A DNA stretch of 64,000 nucleotides, taken from the NCBI GenBank assembly GCA_022448265.1, contig JAKVCC010000007.1:94791-158790 (forward strand). The letters run 5' to 3'. The translations under genes and the position numbers were made by a program. Shown piece by piece: positions 29,886-39,836 of the stretch; position 1 is the stretch's first letter, and every line of letters begins with the position of its first letter. The stretch comes from Pirellulales bacterium (GTDB lineage Bacteria; Planctomycetota; Planctomycetia; Pirellulales; Lacipirellulaceae). The notes under the pieces are model-generated. The model searched no databases. It saw nothing but the letters and a program-made list of their open reading frames with translations, and was not told the origin of the DNA.

Positions 29886-30524
29886 ATGGTCTATAAAGAA
29901 TTTCCTGCGTTGATTGCCGTCGGACTCTGGGCATTATGCCTTGGCATGTGCACAGAAGCCTCAGCGGCGACAATCACGCTAGATTTGACGAATGGCGGTG
30001 CTACCAGCACCGCCGGCGATGCCTTAGACAGCTCGGGGCTAGGTTCCTACACCGAGGCGGGTATCACGATTGCAGCGATCGCCAGTGGCGGGAACGTCAA
30101 CTCGCTCTCTACCAAAATGGGAGTCGACGCGCCCGGCAGTGACGATAGCGACGAGATCGAATCTTCCTTTACCGAAGATTTAACTTTCACGATCACCTTT
30201 GGGTCTCTGAATGTTGTACTTACGGAAATCGAATTTACCGGCACGGGCAGTCAGGACGGCGGCGATGCGGCCCTGTTGAGCATCAACGGAAGTGCAAACC
30301 TCATACTGGAGACAGGTGCCACAGACTTTAACGGGAGTACTAAGGAATGGACGCCAAACCTAACACTATCAAGTGGGGATACCTTCAAGTTCGCAGCGCA
30401 AAACAAGTACGGCCTGGAGGAGATGATTATTGAGGTCACGGCCATTCCGGAGCCAGAGACGGCTATCTTGCTGATCATGAGTATGACAGGGGCCCGCTCC
30501 TGTCGCCGTAACCGCCGCTGCTAG
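29886..30524 (+). CDS. Secreted PEP-CTERM sorting domain protein
   Basis: Signal peptide ending ASAATI; Ser/Thr/Gly-rich body; C-terminus IPEPETAILLIMSMTGARSCRRNRRC. Confidence 0.8.
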   Translation: MVYKEFPALIAVGLWALCLGMCTEASAATITLDLTNGGATSTAGDALDSSGLGSYTEAGITIAAIASGGNVNSLSTKMGVDAPGSDDSDEIESSFTEDLTFTITFGSLNVVLTEIEFTGTGSQDGGDAALLSINGSANLILETGATDFNGSTKEWTPNLTLSSGDTFKFAAQNKYGLEEMIIEVTAIPEPETAILLIMSMTGARSCRRNRRC

Positions 30525-30624
30525 CAGTCTCCTACCGTCGAGAGCGTCTGCACCACTTACAGCAGTTTTTCCTTTGCGCGTCTTTCGGTCGGGTCCTGGC
30601 ACGGGATCGACGGCCCGGTCTAGA

Positions 30625-31629
30625 TCAAGCACTATCACGGCGGACAAAGCGGCGCAACAACGATGCGGTAGACTGCTCCAGTTCGGCTAGCCGAAGCTCG
30701 GCCGGTGGTGGCGACTGGTCGCCGGGGAGCGATTCAAAGCCCGACCAGCCCAGTCGCACGGGCCACTGGCGGATCTCGGCATTCTGATTGATACGGCCCA
30801 AGACGCGCAGGGCCCAGAAAGCACCGTACGCATCGCGAAAGTGTTGCCACTGTGCCGAAAGTAGCGCCACTGACGGCGTTGAAGGTATGCCAGATTTGGC
30901 TGGGCTGCGCTCGGGCTGGAAGCGAACCAGCAGTGCCGCGCTGGCAAAACAGCCGAGGCCCACCGGCAACGTCCATGGACGTGAAACGGTTGCCAACCCG
31001 CTGAGAAATTCAAGGAATTCGTCCAGCAGTAGCAACTGACCAACTGCCACGAGTACTGCGGCAGCACCGTTGCGCGTCGGGAGATAACTCAGCAAACCTA
31101 CGCCAACGAGCGCCGCGACAAATATTTTCCAGGCGACATACAACTCTACACGCGGCCCCTGCAGCATGAGGACTGCTTGCGCGGCGGGCCAAACCAAAAC
31201 GATCCACAGAGTCAGCACAACCCATTGCCAGCCCCTGTCTTGCGGGCGTTTAGCCCCTAGCACGGCCATCATTGGACAAAGGGTCATCGCTGCGCTGGCG
31301 AAGCGTGCCGCCGACAGATAGATACCGTCGGCCTCGCCAGCGCTCCCGCCGGCCGCCGCGAGGCCGGCCAAACCAGCGACCGCTGTCACAGTCCAAAGAC
31401 AAGGCGCTGCGAGTGTCGTCCCGCGTAGTCGCCCAAAGCCGTGCATCAGCAGGACCGCCAGTAGCGCGGCCAGAGCCAGAGCAACCCAAGTCGCAGTTTC
31501 TATGACCGCTACAATCGGTACTGGTAATAGAATCCCCACCAAATCGACCCCAACCTCGTGTTTCGCCCTGAAGAGAGCCATTGTGGCATTTGCCATGCGC
31601 CCAAGCGTAACCCATGTTTCGTTAATCAT
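30625..31629 (-). CDS. Hypothetical multi-pass membrane protein
   Basis: About 7 hydrophobic segments and a GAKRPQDRGWQWVV motif; the true start is probably downstream of 31629. Confidence 0.7.
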   Translation of the reverse strand: MINETWVTLGRMANATMALFRAKHEVGVDLVGILLPVPIVAVIETATWVALALAALLAVLLMHGFGRLRGTTLAAPCLWTVTAVAGLAGLAAAGGSAGEADGIYLSAARFASAAMTLCPMMAVLGAKRPQDRGWQWVVLTLWIVLVWPAAQAVLMLQGPRVELYVAWKIFVAALVGVGLLSYLPTRNGAAAVLVAVGQLLLLDEFLEFLSGLATVSRPWTLPVGLGCFASAALLVRFQPERSPAKSGIPSTPSVALLSAQWQHFRDAYGAFWALRVLGRINQNAEIRQWPVRLGWSGFESLPGDQSPPPAELRLAELEQSTASLLRRFVRRDSA

Positions 31630-32051
31630 GCACTCCTGCCCAGACTCGAGTGGACAGCCATAGCAATTTGGGATTGTAACAAAGATACCGCGATGCGAGC
31701 CACGAAACTCTCCCCCTGCGGACTTGCTTGGAGGTCCTAGGCAGCATTTCCGTTGAAGGCAACGAATTGTTTAGGGCGGGAGATATTTCGCTCCTTGATC
31801 AAAATCTCACAGGCAAAAAAACACTGATCGACCCGAGGACGATATACCGGAAAAACTGCTACCATCGCTGGACAGGCCGTAAGAGGACAAGCTTACCGAA
31901 CTGCTACCATCGGGCCGACAATCTGCCTGCCCCAAGGGCGGCAATCCTGTCTTTCCGCTAAACACATAAACGCCAAAGGACCATCACCAGCATCATCACC
32001 GGCAATCCTACTGGGGAGTACGGCCTGCCGCGACGAAGCTGGCCGAGAGTG

Positions 32052-32088
32052 GGCAGATTTCCGCAAGGAAATCTGCCTGCTTTCTTTT
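32052..32088 (+). terminator. Intrinsic terminator-like hairpin
   Basis: Perfect 11-bp stem GGCAGATTTCC-GCAA-GGAAATCTGCC followed by TGCTTTCTTTT. Confidence 0.65.
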
Positions 32089-32218
32089 CCCAGGCAGTGC
32101 TTTTTGCCATGTTCTTACGACCGCAAAAATTGGACTACAGCGCGCGCCCAACCTTGGCCGATACAAGGACTACAAAGGTAACGGGAGGGTGAAACACCCA
32201 TGTGTTTCGCTTCAGGAT

Positions 32219-32264
32219 AAAGATCATGGCAGGCCGACGGATCGACTTGCCATGATCTTTTTTT
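32219..32264. terminator. Probable bidirectional intrinsic terminator
   Basis: 13-bp stem AAAGATCATGGCA...TGCCATGATCTTT; run of T on plus, TTTAT on minus; 19 nt past the TPR gene stop. Confidence 0.7.
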
Positions 32265-32282
32265 ATGCGCCAGGCGCAATGG

Positions 32283-33761
32283 CTATTGCTTTTCCAATGT
32301 CAAACCGCCGGGCTCTCCCTTGAGTTCTTCCTGGAGCTGCTGGGACTCCTTGCGAAAAATGTTGAACCCCGGACTAACAGCTTTCGCCTGAAGAACACCG
32401 AGGGCTTTTTGGCGGTGTCCCTCGGCTACCATAATCCTGGCGATAAGGTACCGTGAATCTGCCAGCATTGGCCCTCCTCCCTTCGTACCCTGCGTCAAAG
32501 ATTGCTGTGCTTCGGATTTCCGGCCTAACTTGTAAAGCACCCAGGCCTTGGTAATATTGGCCTGCGCGTTGTCCGGAAAGCGCCCGGCATTCATCTCGGC
32601 ATAACTCAACGCTCGCTCTTGGTCTTCTACCTGATCGCTTTCGATGAGCATCAGGGCGAGCATGTCGGCCGCTTGGGCATGGGCGGGCTCAAGAACCAGC
32701 AGTTTCTGCAAGGACTGTTCACATCTTGACCTATCGCCCTGCATGTGCGCAATCATGCCATCCAGCAATAGCGCAGGAGCCGCGTTGGCATCCTGATCGA
32801 GGAGGCTCTTGGCAATCGCCTGCGCCTCTTCGAGCTTCCCCTGATAAATCATCCAGTCGGCATAGGAGTGGGCAGTAGTCACATCCTGGGGCTCTTCCTT
32901 GTAGGCGCGATCGAAAAACTTCTGCGCCATTTCTTTGTCTCCGGCGTTGTGGTAGAGCTGGGCCATAACAATATACGGGTGCCCCAACTCCGAACTCAGC
33001 TCCCGCGCTTTGGAAAACTCACGGAGCGCTTCCTTGTGCTTCTCTTGCTTAAACAATGTCAGCCCAAGACGTCGATGGGCCCCCACATTTTCCGGATCCG
33101 ATTCAATCCATTCGGTTAGCAACTGATGGGACTTATCCCACTGACCCCGGCGTTCGGCGATTGCGGAAGACCCGGCTAATATGCGAACCTGAAAATTTCT
33201 CTTGCGCTTAAGGTTTGCTGTGAACTTCTCTACGAGTGGGCGCGCAAAATGAAACAACGCGTCGGACTCGGTCGTACGATTCGCTTGAAAAGCTTGGTCG
33301 GCAAGAATCAAATACGATTCCGGATCGTCCGGGTGTTCGAGGACCGTACGCTCCAGGAGCCCGCGCACTGCAGGGCCATTGCCCGTCAGACTTTGCATTC
33401 TAGCTAACAAGAGGGTGGCCGGTGGTAACTTGGGATTCTCTTTGACTGCCAGCATGAGGATCTCAAGGGCACCTGATCCGTCTTCATTGCGGAAACGCGT
33501 GATCGCATCTTCAATTTCAGGAAAAGTCTTTCCGGAAACCGATAATGCGTCGCCAATCAGGTAGGCCGGAGTTAGGGGGTCTTGCGCAGCCGGCACTGTC
33601 GATTGGGCATGACAGACCATTGCCGTAATGCTTGCCAGCGCAGCTACGATAGCCGCTACGCACGCGGCTGGGGTGAGAAAACCCGGAACCCAAACTCCGG
33701 TTGCCAGGCCTCGCACGTGGGAAGTCCAACCTATGCTTCGACTTGTCTCGCCAATTCTCAT
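32283..33761 (-). CDS. Secreted tetratricopeptide repeat protein
   Basis: Signal-like segment and repeated TPR helices (PDDPESYLILADQAF, PENVGAHRRLGLTLF, PAHAQAADMLALML). Start is probably 33761. Confidence 0.85.
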   Translation of the reverse strand: MRIGETSRSIGWTSHVRGLATGVWVPGFLTPAACVAAIVAALASITAMVCHAQSTVPAAQDPLTPAYLIGDALSVSGKTFPEIEDAITRFRNEDGSGALEILMLAVKENPKLPPATLLLARMQSLTGNGPAVRGLLERTVLEHPDDPESYLILADQAFQANRTTESDALFHFARPLVEKFTANLKRKRNFQVRILAGSSAIAERRGQWDKSHQLLTEWIESDPENVGAHRRLGLTLFKQEKHKEALREFSKARELSSELGHPYIVMAQLYHNAGDKEMAQKFFDRAYKEEPQDVTTAHSYADWMIYQGKLEEAQAIAKSLLDQDANAAPALLLDGMIAHMQGDRSRCEQSLQKLLVLEPAHAQAADMLALMLIESDQVEDQERALSYAEMNAGRFPDNAQANITKAWVLYKLGRKSEAQQSLTQGTKGGGPMLADSRYLIARIMVAEGHRQKALGVLQAKAVSPGFNIFRKESQQLQEELKGEPGGLTLEKQ

Positions 33762-34074
33762 CTGATGTCCTCGGTGTAAATTTTCCTGACGTTGACCAAC
33801 CAGTCCTTGGAAAACGAGTCGCTGAACCACCACTCGCTATTTTCCAGCCGGTATTTTAGTTCCCGTACTTTGGCAAACATCTTATGAACGGCCAACGCCA
33901 GATGGAAACTGCTGCCAAACTCCGATGGCTGCCCCGTTGCATATTATTCTAGACCAATTGGCAAGAAGTTGCACCACTTGAGTTCGCGCCACAATCGTTG
34001 AAATAGGCTCTAGAACCGTTACAAAGTGCGGCTGGGCCGGTTGTGTGCCAGTGAACTTGGGAGCGCGGTCACGC

Positions 34075-34103
34075 TCGACTCTCTGGAGTCGGAACCGTAT
34101 AGT
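34075..34103 (+). promoter_or_regulatory. Putative sigma70 promoter
   Basis: TCGACT-N17-TATAGT about 100 nt upstream of the permease gene. Confidence 0.5.
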
Positions 34104-34204
34104 GGAGGAGCGGCCCTGGATTCACAGCCGCGGCTGTCGGAAGCCATGCCAGATGCTCTCCACTCCCAATAACTATTTCACCCGGATAGCCCAAGGGACC
34201 TAGC

Positions 34205-35974
34205 TTGCTAGTCGGGCCAGTTTTTACCCGCGAACTCACAACCACTCCGCGGAGCTTGCGGCTCTACCTCGCGCGAGCCGGCTATGTCGCTGCGCTCCAC
34301 GGCCTGGCGTTTACCGCTTGGCTCATCTTGTCGCAGCAAGTCCATGGCCTGGGCGACCTGGCCCGTTTCGGCTCCGCTATCTTCACCCTGATCGCGCCGC
34401 TTCAGCTCGCCATGGCCATGTGTTTTTCGGCATTGCTGACGGCGGCCGCCGTTGCTCAGGAAAAAGATCGCCGTACGCTGGACCTGCTGCTAATGACCCG
34501 TCTTACGAATGCCGAGCTGGTGCTTGGCAAATTGTTTGCCAGTATGCTTAGCGTGCTTGTCTTGATCGTCGCGGCAGTGCCCCTCTTGTTGGCCCTCACG
34601 TTGCTAGGAGGGATTTCTTATCCCCAGGTTGCTCGCGTGGTAGGCGTCACACTGGCCACGGCGCTGGCTGCAGGGAGCCTTGGCTCAACGATTGCCCTAT
34701 GGCGAGAACGGACATTTCAATCTTTGGCCCTGACGGCTCTGCTCCTTGTGCTGTGGCTGATTTCTGGCGAAGTGGTGCGAGCGGGCACGCTGGGAAACAC
34801 TTGGGGAAGCACAGAAGTCGTGCACTGGGCAACGGCCATTTCGCCGCTGAGGGCCATCCTGGCCGCTATGCAGCCTGGAGAGTCACCCATCGCGGCACTC
34901 GATTGGTGCGGAGGCCCAGTCAATCTCTTTATTCTTGGATCCACGGCGGTCGGCGTGCTCCTGAATTTTTGGGCCATTGCACGGGTGCGAATATGGAATC
35001 CTACACAAGAGGCAGAGCGCCCCCAGTCAGCAAACGAAGAGAGGACCGATCTGCCGGCGGCGGCAAGCCGGCCTCCTACAGAGCACAAGTCGCGCGCCGT
35101 TTGGGACAACCCTATTCTATGGCGAGAACTTTGCACCTGGTCCTATGGTAAGAAGATCATCGTGGTGCGCATCGCGTACCTGCTCATTTTTAGCATTTGC
35201 GCTGCGGGGCTGTTTTCGCAACTGACGGGCGGCAATGACGCCCCGATCGAGCATGGCAATTTAATCCATCCGGCGGCCAACCCCTTGATTCCGCTCTTCG
35301 TGCTGGGATTGGTGCTGGTCAATGCGCTTGCCGTAACCTCGCTAACCAACGAGAGGGACTTACAAGCCCTGGATTTGCTCCTCGTCACGGATTTAACGCC
35401 CAAAGAAATCATCTTTGGCAAGTTAGGCGGCGTTTTATTTAACTCCAAAGAAATGATTTTATTACCGCTCTGTCTCATTCTGGTTCTTTGGTATAATTAT
35501 TTGCTCACGACTGAGAACCTGATCTTTTTGGTCATTGCCATTTTGGCGATGAATGCCTTCGCCGCTATGGTGGGCATTCACGTCGGCATGACTTATGCAG
35601 AATCGCGAACCGCCGTCGGGGTGAGCCTAAGCACGGTGCTCTTCTTGCTGCTTGGAATCGCGGTTTGCATGCGCATGATGATGGCATTTCAATCATCCTT
35701 CGGCTACCAACTGCAGGCCTTCCTCGCATTCATGATGGGCGGCGGAGTCGCTTTGTATCTGGCTTTAGGACGCCGCAATCCTTCTCCGGCCATCGCAACT
35801 GCTTCCTTTATAGCGCCATTTGCAACATTTTTTGTGATCACCAGCTTTTTGGAGCATAATTTTGGTGCCGCGTTCCTGGTAACCGTATTGACCTACGGCT
35901 TTGCCACCATGGCGATGCTGATTCCGGCGATTGACGAATTTGATGTGGCGACGGGGCGGACAACCGGCGGATAG
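34205..35974 (+). CDS. ABC-2-type exporter permease with two internally duplicated halves
   Basis: AQEKDRRTLDLLLMTRLTNAELVLGKL and TNERDLQALDLLLVTDLTPKEIIFGKL; about 12-13 TM segments. Confidence 0.8.
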   Translation: MLVGPVFTRELTTTPRSLRLYLARAGYVAALHGLAFTAWLILSQQVHGLGDLARFGSAIFTLIAPLQLAMAMCFSALLTAAAVAQEKDRRTLDLLLMTRLTNAELVLGKLFASMLSVLVLIVAAVPLLLALTLLGGISYPQVARVVGVTLATALAAGSLGSTIALWRERTFQSLALTALLLVLWLISGEVVRAGTLGNTWGSTEVVHWATAISPLRAILAAMQPGESPIAALDWCGGPVNLFILGSTAVGVLLNFWAIARVRIWNPTQEAERPQSANEERTDLPAAASRPPTEHKSRAVWDNPILWRELCTWSYGKKIIVVRIAYLLIFSICAAGLFSQLTGGNDAPIEHGNLIHPAANPLIPLFVLGLVLVNALAVTSLTNERDLQALDLLLVTDLTPKEIIFGKLGGVLFNSKEMILLPLCLILVLWYNYLLTTENLIFLVIAILAMNAFAAMVGIHVGMTYAESRTAVGVSLSTVLFLLLGIAVCMRMMMAFQSSFGYQLQAFLAFMMGGGVALYLALGRRNPSPAIATASFIAPFATFFVITSFLEHNFGAAFLVTVLTYGFATMAMLIPAIDEFDVATGRTTGG

Positions 35975-36006
35975 AATACTAACCGACGACAAACGAGAAC
36001 CTAACC

Positions 36007-37275
36007 GTGTTTCTGTTCCATGAATTTGGACCGCTCATCGCGGCAATGACATTGCTCGTAGCGGGATCGGCTTTCTTTTCATGCAGCGAAGCGGCGCTCT
36101 TTTCACTACAAGCGGGTGATCGTCGGGCGCTTAAGCAGGGTTCCGCGTCTCAGCAAATAGCGATGAACTTGCTGGCCCGGCCCGAGCGTCTGCTGATGGC
36201 AATCTTGTTTTGGAATCTGATCATAAACGTCGTCTACTTTGCGCTGGCGTCGACCATCAGCATCCAACTTGAACAGAAGCAACACCGCACCGAGGCGGGG
36301 GTCGTGGCCTCGGTCTCTTTGCTCGTACTCATTCTCTGTAGCGAAATGGTGCCCAAGACAGTCGGGGTATTATTACCCCGATCGGTCGCCAGTTGGGTCG
36401 GCCTCCCTCTTGCCGCAACGGTACGTATCTTTGATCCGATCGCACCGGTCTTTTCGACACTCAATCTGGCCGTCAAACGCTTGCTGTTTCCCCATTTCCA
36501 GACTGAACCCTATCTTGCGCTAAGTGATTTGGAACAGGCGATCATCGCATCGACAGCCGACGAGGAAGTCGCCTCCCAAGAACGTCTAGCGCTGCAAAAT
36601 ATTGTGCGTCTTTCCGATCTGCGGGCGGAAGAATTGATGCGCCCCCGCAAGCAATATCAATCGTTTACGCCGCCTGTCAACTTGGAAGACCTGGGTGGCC
36701 AGCCGACGCGAAGTGGATATCTGCTCGTGACCGAGGCGGAGACTGATGAAATTGCGGGGGCGATCGGCCTCCGTCACCTGCCTGTGGTCCCGCAACAATA
36801 TCTGGAAACCTTCGCCCAACCTGTGGTCTACGTTCCCTGGTGCGCCACGGTTGCATCGGTCTTCGACGAGCTTCAAAACGCCCAAGGTGAGGTTGCGGCG
36901 ATCGTCAATGAATATGGCGAAACTATCGGTATCGTAACTCTCGAAGACCTTTTGGATGACATTTTTGAGGACCAGACAAGCCGTAGCTCCCGACTGCTAG
37001 AAACCTCGTCCATCAGCCCTGTGGGTGACGGCCTATGGAGAGTCACGAGTATGACAACCCTCCGGCGACTCTGCCGCCATTTTGGAGTTTCGCGACCGGC
37101 AGCCAAAAGCACGACTGTTGCCGGCATTGTGCAAGAGTTGCTCGGCCGCCTCCCCGAGACCGGCGATAAGGCCGTATGGCATGAGTTTCAATTTCACGTC
37201 CTTGAAGCCGACGAGTTTGGCAAGATTACTGTCGAATTGCAGCTCTTAGATCGCGGAGAGGGGGGCGGTGGATGA
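36007..37275 (+). CDS. CNNM/CorC (hemolysin-family) protein with CNNM, CBS pair and CorC_HlyC domains
   Basis: SAFFSCSEAALFSL, ILFWNLIIN, SEMVPKTV, ELMRPR, VNEYGETIGIVTLEDLLDDIF and TTVAGIVQELLGRLPETGD. Confidence 0.88.
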   Translation: MFLFHEFGPLIAAMTLLVAGSAFFSCSEAALFSLQAGDRRALKQGSASQQIAMNLLARPERLLMAILFWNLIINVVYFALASTISIQLEQKQHRTEAGVVASVSLLVLILCSEMVPKTVGVLLPRSVASWVGLPLAATVRIFDPIAPVFSTLNLAVKRLLFPHFQTEPYLALSDLEQAIIASTADEEVASQERLALQNIVRLSDLRAEELMRPRKQYQSFTPPVNLEDLGGQPTRSGYLLVTEAETDEIAGAIGLRHLPVVPQQYLETFAQPVVYVPWCATVASVFDELQNAQGEVAAIVNEYGETIGIVTLEDLLDDIFEDQTSRSSRLLETSSISPVGDGLWRVTSMTTLRRLCRHFGVSRPAAKSTTVAGIVQELLGRLPETGDKAVWHEFQFHVLEADEFGKITVELQLLDRGEGGGG

Positions 37276-38249
37276 TGATTGTTTTTCTGCTCCTCGCGAT
37301 CGGCCTGGTCCTCAGCGCGCTGTTCAGCGGTTCCGAAACGGGTTTCTATCGGGTCACTCGTGTCCGCCTGGCCAACGAGGCACTCGCGGGCAACTGGACC
37401 TCGCGCGCGCTGCTATGGTTGTCGCATCAGCCTTCGCTGTTTGTAGCAACAACGCTCGTTGGCAACAATCTGGCTAATTACCTGACGTCGCTAGCCATTG
37501 TGATGGCATCGCAGCGGCTGGTTCCCGAAAGCGGGACCGCGGTCGTGATCCTGGGCCCCGTTGTCATCGCCCCATTCGTATTTCTTTTAGGGGAACTGCT
37601 CCCAAAAAACTTGTTCTTCTCCGCACCAAATCGATTGCTCAAACACTGCGCGCCCTTCTTGATCCTATGTACTTGTCTGTTTGCACCGGTCACCCTTGTA
37701 CTAAGAGGATTTAGCCGACTCCTGCAGCTGCTCTCCGGGAAATCGCCACAAGAAGTGCAATTGACATTGGCTCGCAGGGGGCTCGCCGAATTATTGACCG
37801 AGGGCGGCGAAGCTGGCATTCTCAGGCCAGCCCAACAATCCTTAGCCCAGTCGATGTTGGCTGTGGCCGGATTGCCCGTGAAGAGATTTGCCTCGCCTGC
37901 GGGACGTGTCGTGCGAGCCACAACCACAATGAGCAAAAGCGAAGTGTTACGAATTGCTCAGCGATTCGGGCGCACGCTATTACCGGTCGACGACACGCGA
38001 GGACGACGTGAACTGGTTGGGTATGTGCGCACTCTGGACTTGTATCTGGACAAGTCTGGGCAGCTGCCTACGCCCAAGCCATTGCTCATGCTGCAAGAAG
38101 ACCAGTCGTTCCTTTCGGCACTACGCCAGCTTAGCGATACAGAAGACGCCCTAGGCCACGTAGTAAATCGAGAAGGCCAGACCGTTGGCTTTGTAACTGG
38201 CCGAGAACTCCGCCTGGCCCTACTCCGTGCGGAGCAGGGAAAAATCTAA
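37272..38249 (+). CDS. Second CNNM-domain protein (degenerate CBS pair, no CorC domain)
   Basis: LSALFSGSETGFY, TTLVGNNLANY and GELLPKNLF; 4-nt overlap with the first CNNM gene. Confidence 0.85.
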   Translation: MMIVFLLLAIGLVLSALFSGSETGFYRVTRVRLANEALAGNWTSRALLWLSHQPSLFVATTLVGNNLANYLTSLAIVMASQRLVPESGTAVVILGPVVIAPFVFLLGELLPKNLFFSAPNRLLKHCAPFLILCTCLFAPVTLVLRGFSRLLQLLSGKSPQEVQLTLARRGLAELLTEGGEAGILRPAQQSLAQSMLAVAGLPVKRFASPAGRVVRATTTMSKSEVLRIAQRFGRTLLPVDDTRGRRELVGYVRTLDLYLDKSGQLPTPKPLLMLQEDQSFLSALRQLSDTEDALGHVVNREGQTVGFVTGRELRLALLRAEQGKI

Positions 38250-38485
38250 GATCTCGTATATCCTAGCGACTTAAAAATGGCCAGCATCTCTTCGTAGTTG
38301 ATGAAGCGGCGGCGATGCTGCAGCTTGTAAAGATCGATAGCTTCCGCCAATGCCGTGGCCTCCGGAGACAGAGAGTCGTGGCTATTGGTAAACTGGCGAC
38401 GCTCGCGACCAACGGTTCGATCCGGATTGGAAGCTTGACGACGATCGATGAATACGGGCGAGGCGGGAGTTGCGGTGGTGAGCAT
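38246..38485 (-). CDS. Small hypothetical protein
   Basis: 79 aa; DRR...ERRQF followed by helical LAEAIDLYKLQHRRRFINYEEMLAIFKSLGY, resembling small planctomycete proteins (from recall). Confidence 0.7.
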   Translation of the reverse strand: MLTTATPASPVFIDRRQASNPDRTVGRERRQFTNSHDSLSPEATALAEAIDLYKLQHRRRFINYEEMLAIFKSLGYTRS

Positions 38486-38693
38486 CGACGGACTCCTAGG
38501 GCTTTGTCATGAACTGGGGTGGGCGTGAAAGCGGTGGGAAAATTGTGCCGACGGGCGATGCGCGCCTGGCAATACAGGCTGGCATTACAGCCCCCCAACA
38601 CAGGCTGGGGCTCAGAAAAACATAGCTTATTCCAGCCGCCCAAGAGGGGCATTTTCGTCCGGATTTTGCCTTGTGAGGTTTATAGCGATTGGG

Positions 38694-39602
38694 TTAGCGA
38701 CGGATCAGGCCACTAGCAATCGGAGCACCTGGGCCCTGCAGTTGGGCTAGCATCAGTTGGCTGGATCGATGGCTCGCATCGAGGGCGAGGGCCTGACGCA
38801 GGGTATTAGCGGCTGCCTCTGGCTGCCCAGAGGCCTTTTCAGCCAAGGCCAGTTGATAGAGCAGATCGGGCGGCGGGGTACCTTGCTGCGTGGCAGCAGC
38901 CAAACTGTTGACCGCATCGGCATGACGACCAAGGGCCCCATAAGTTAAACCCTCCAGCCACAGAGCGCGCTGCGGTTCTTCGCCAGGCGGATAAATGTCG
39001 AGTAGATGGTGCAATGTCGTTAAGGTGCGGTGCGGACGTTCCAGCGCATATTGGAGTTCCGCAACCTCTTGCAGCGCGTCCGTCATATGCGGTGCATAGC
39101 GGAGGGCCTGCTGCATGTCAGCCAGTGCGCGCTGCTCGTTGCCCTGGTGACGAAACACGCGACCCCGAAGTGCCCAGGCCGCCGCTTTCGTGGGATCTAA
39201 AGCGATTGCTTCTTCAGCGCGGCGCAGGGCGCGGTCCGTTGCGCCAATGCTTAGCAACATTTCTCCCGCGCGCACGACGGTCGTTGCATGGCGAGGGTCA
39301 AGTTTGACAGCTGCTTCGAGTTGCACGGTGGCTTCCCGCCGTGCACCTGTTTCCCATAGGGCTTCCGCCAAATGGCGTCGCGCGTCGATGTCGGATGGGC
39401 TCGTATCAACCGCTTTCTCAAGAAGTGTGCGGGCTCGACCCCACTCAGCCCGTTCCATTGCCGCCACACCATCACGTGACATTTCGCGGCACCTAGCGAT
39501 CGAATCGGGCACGATCTCTTGCTTACCAAGTGCGCAACCGCTGGCACAGACTGCCGTCAGCAGCCAGCAAACCATTCGGTCGCAACACATTCGACTCTGC
39601 AT
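38694..39602 (-). CDS. TPR-repeat lipoprotein
   Basis: Lipobox ASGC and multiple TPRs (PSDIDARRHLAEAL, PTKAAAWALRGRVF). Confidence 0.85.
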   Translation of the reverse strand: MQSRMCCDRMVCWLLTAVCASGCALGKQEIVPDSIARCREMSRDGVAAMERAEWGRARTLLEKAVDTSPSDIDARRHLAEALWETGARREATVQLEAAVKLDPRHATTVVRAGEMLLSIGATDRALRRAEEAIALDPTKAAAWALRGRVFRHQGNEQRALADMQQALRYAPHMTDALQEVAELQYALERPHRTLTTLHHLLDIYPPGEEPQRALWLEGLTYGALGRHADAVNSLAAATQQGTPPPDLLYQLALAEKASGQPEAAANTLRQALALDASHRSSQLMLAQLQGPGAPIASGLIRR

Positions 39603-39836
39603 AAAGCAAACAACTCAGAGCTGCAAGGAGAACAGACGTGGGAATACTAGCATCCAACCAATTGTGAAAAAACATCGATTTGTTAGACTGGCGACTGCTA
39701 GCTAGCCGCAGCTCTCTTGGAGAGGTTGGCGGGCAGGGTAGGGCGGCAGTGGCGAGGGCGCAGCCAGTACTGCGCGGCCCCGCTGTCAACCTCCGCGCCC
39801 CATTCCCCATTCACATACCCTAGTCCAATATTCCCC

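Noticed and set aside
31980-32015. Thr/Ile-rich codon run (TITSIITG) resembling a thrL attenuator leader
   Set aside because: No in-frame start codon after the upstream TAA, and no plus-strand biosynthetic gene follows.
32011-32025. 15-nt identity (CTGGGGAGTACGGCC) to a conserved 16S rRNA segment
   Set aside because: The flanks do not continue the rRNA sequence, and a single 15-mer match to a 1.5-kb query in 64 kb is plausible by chance.
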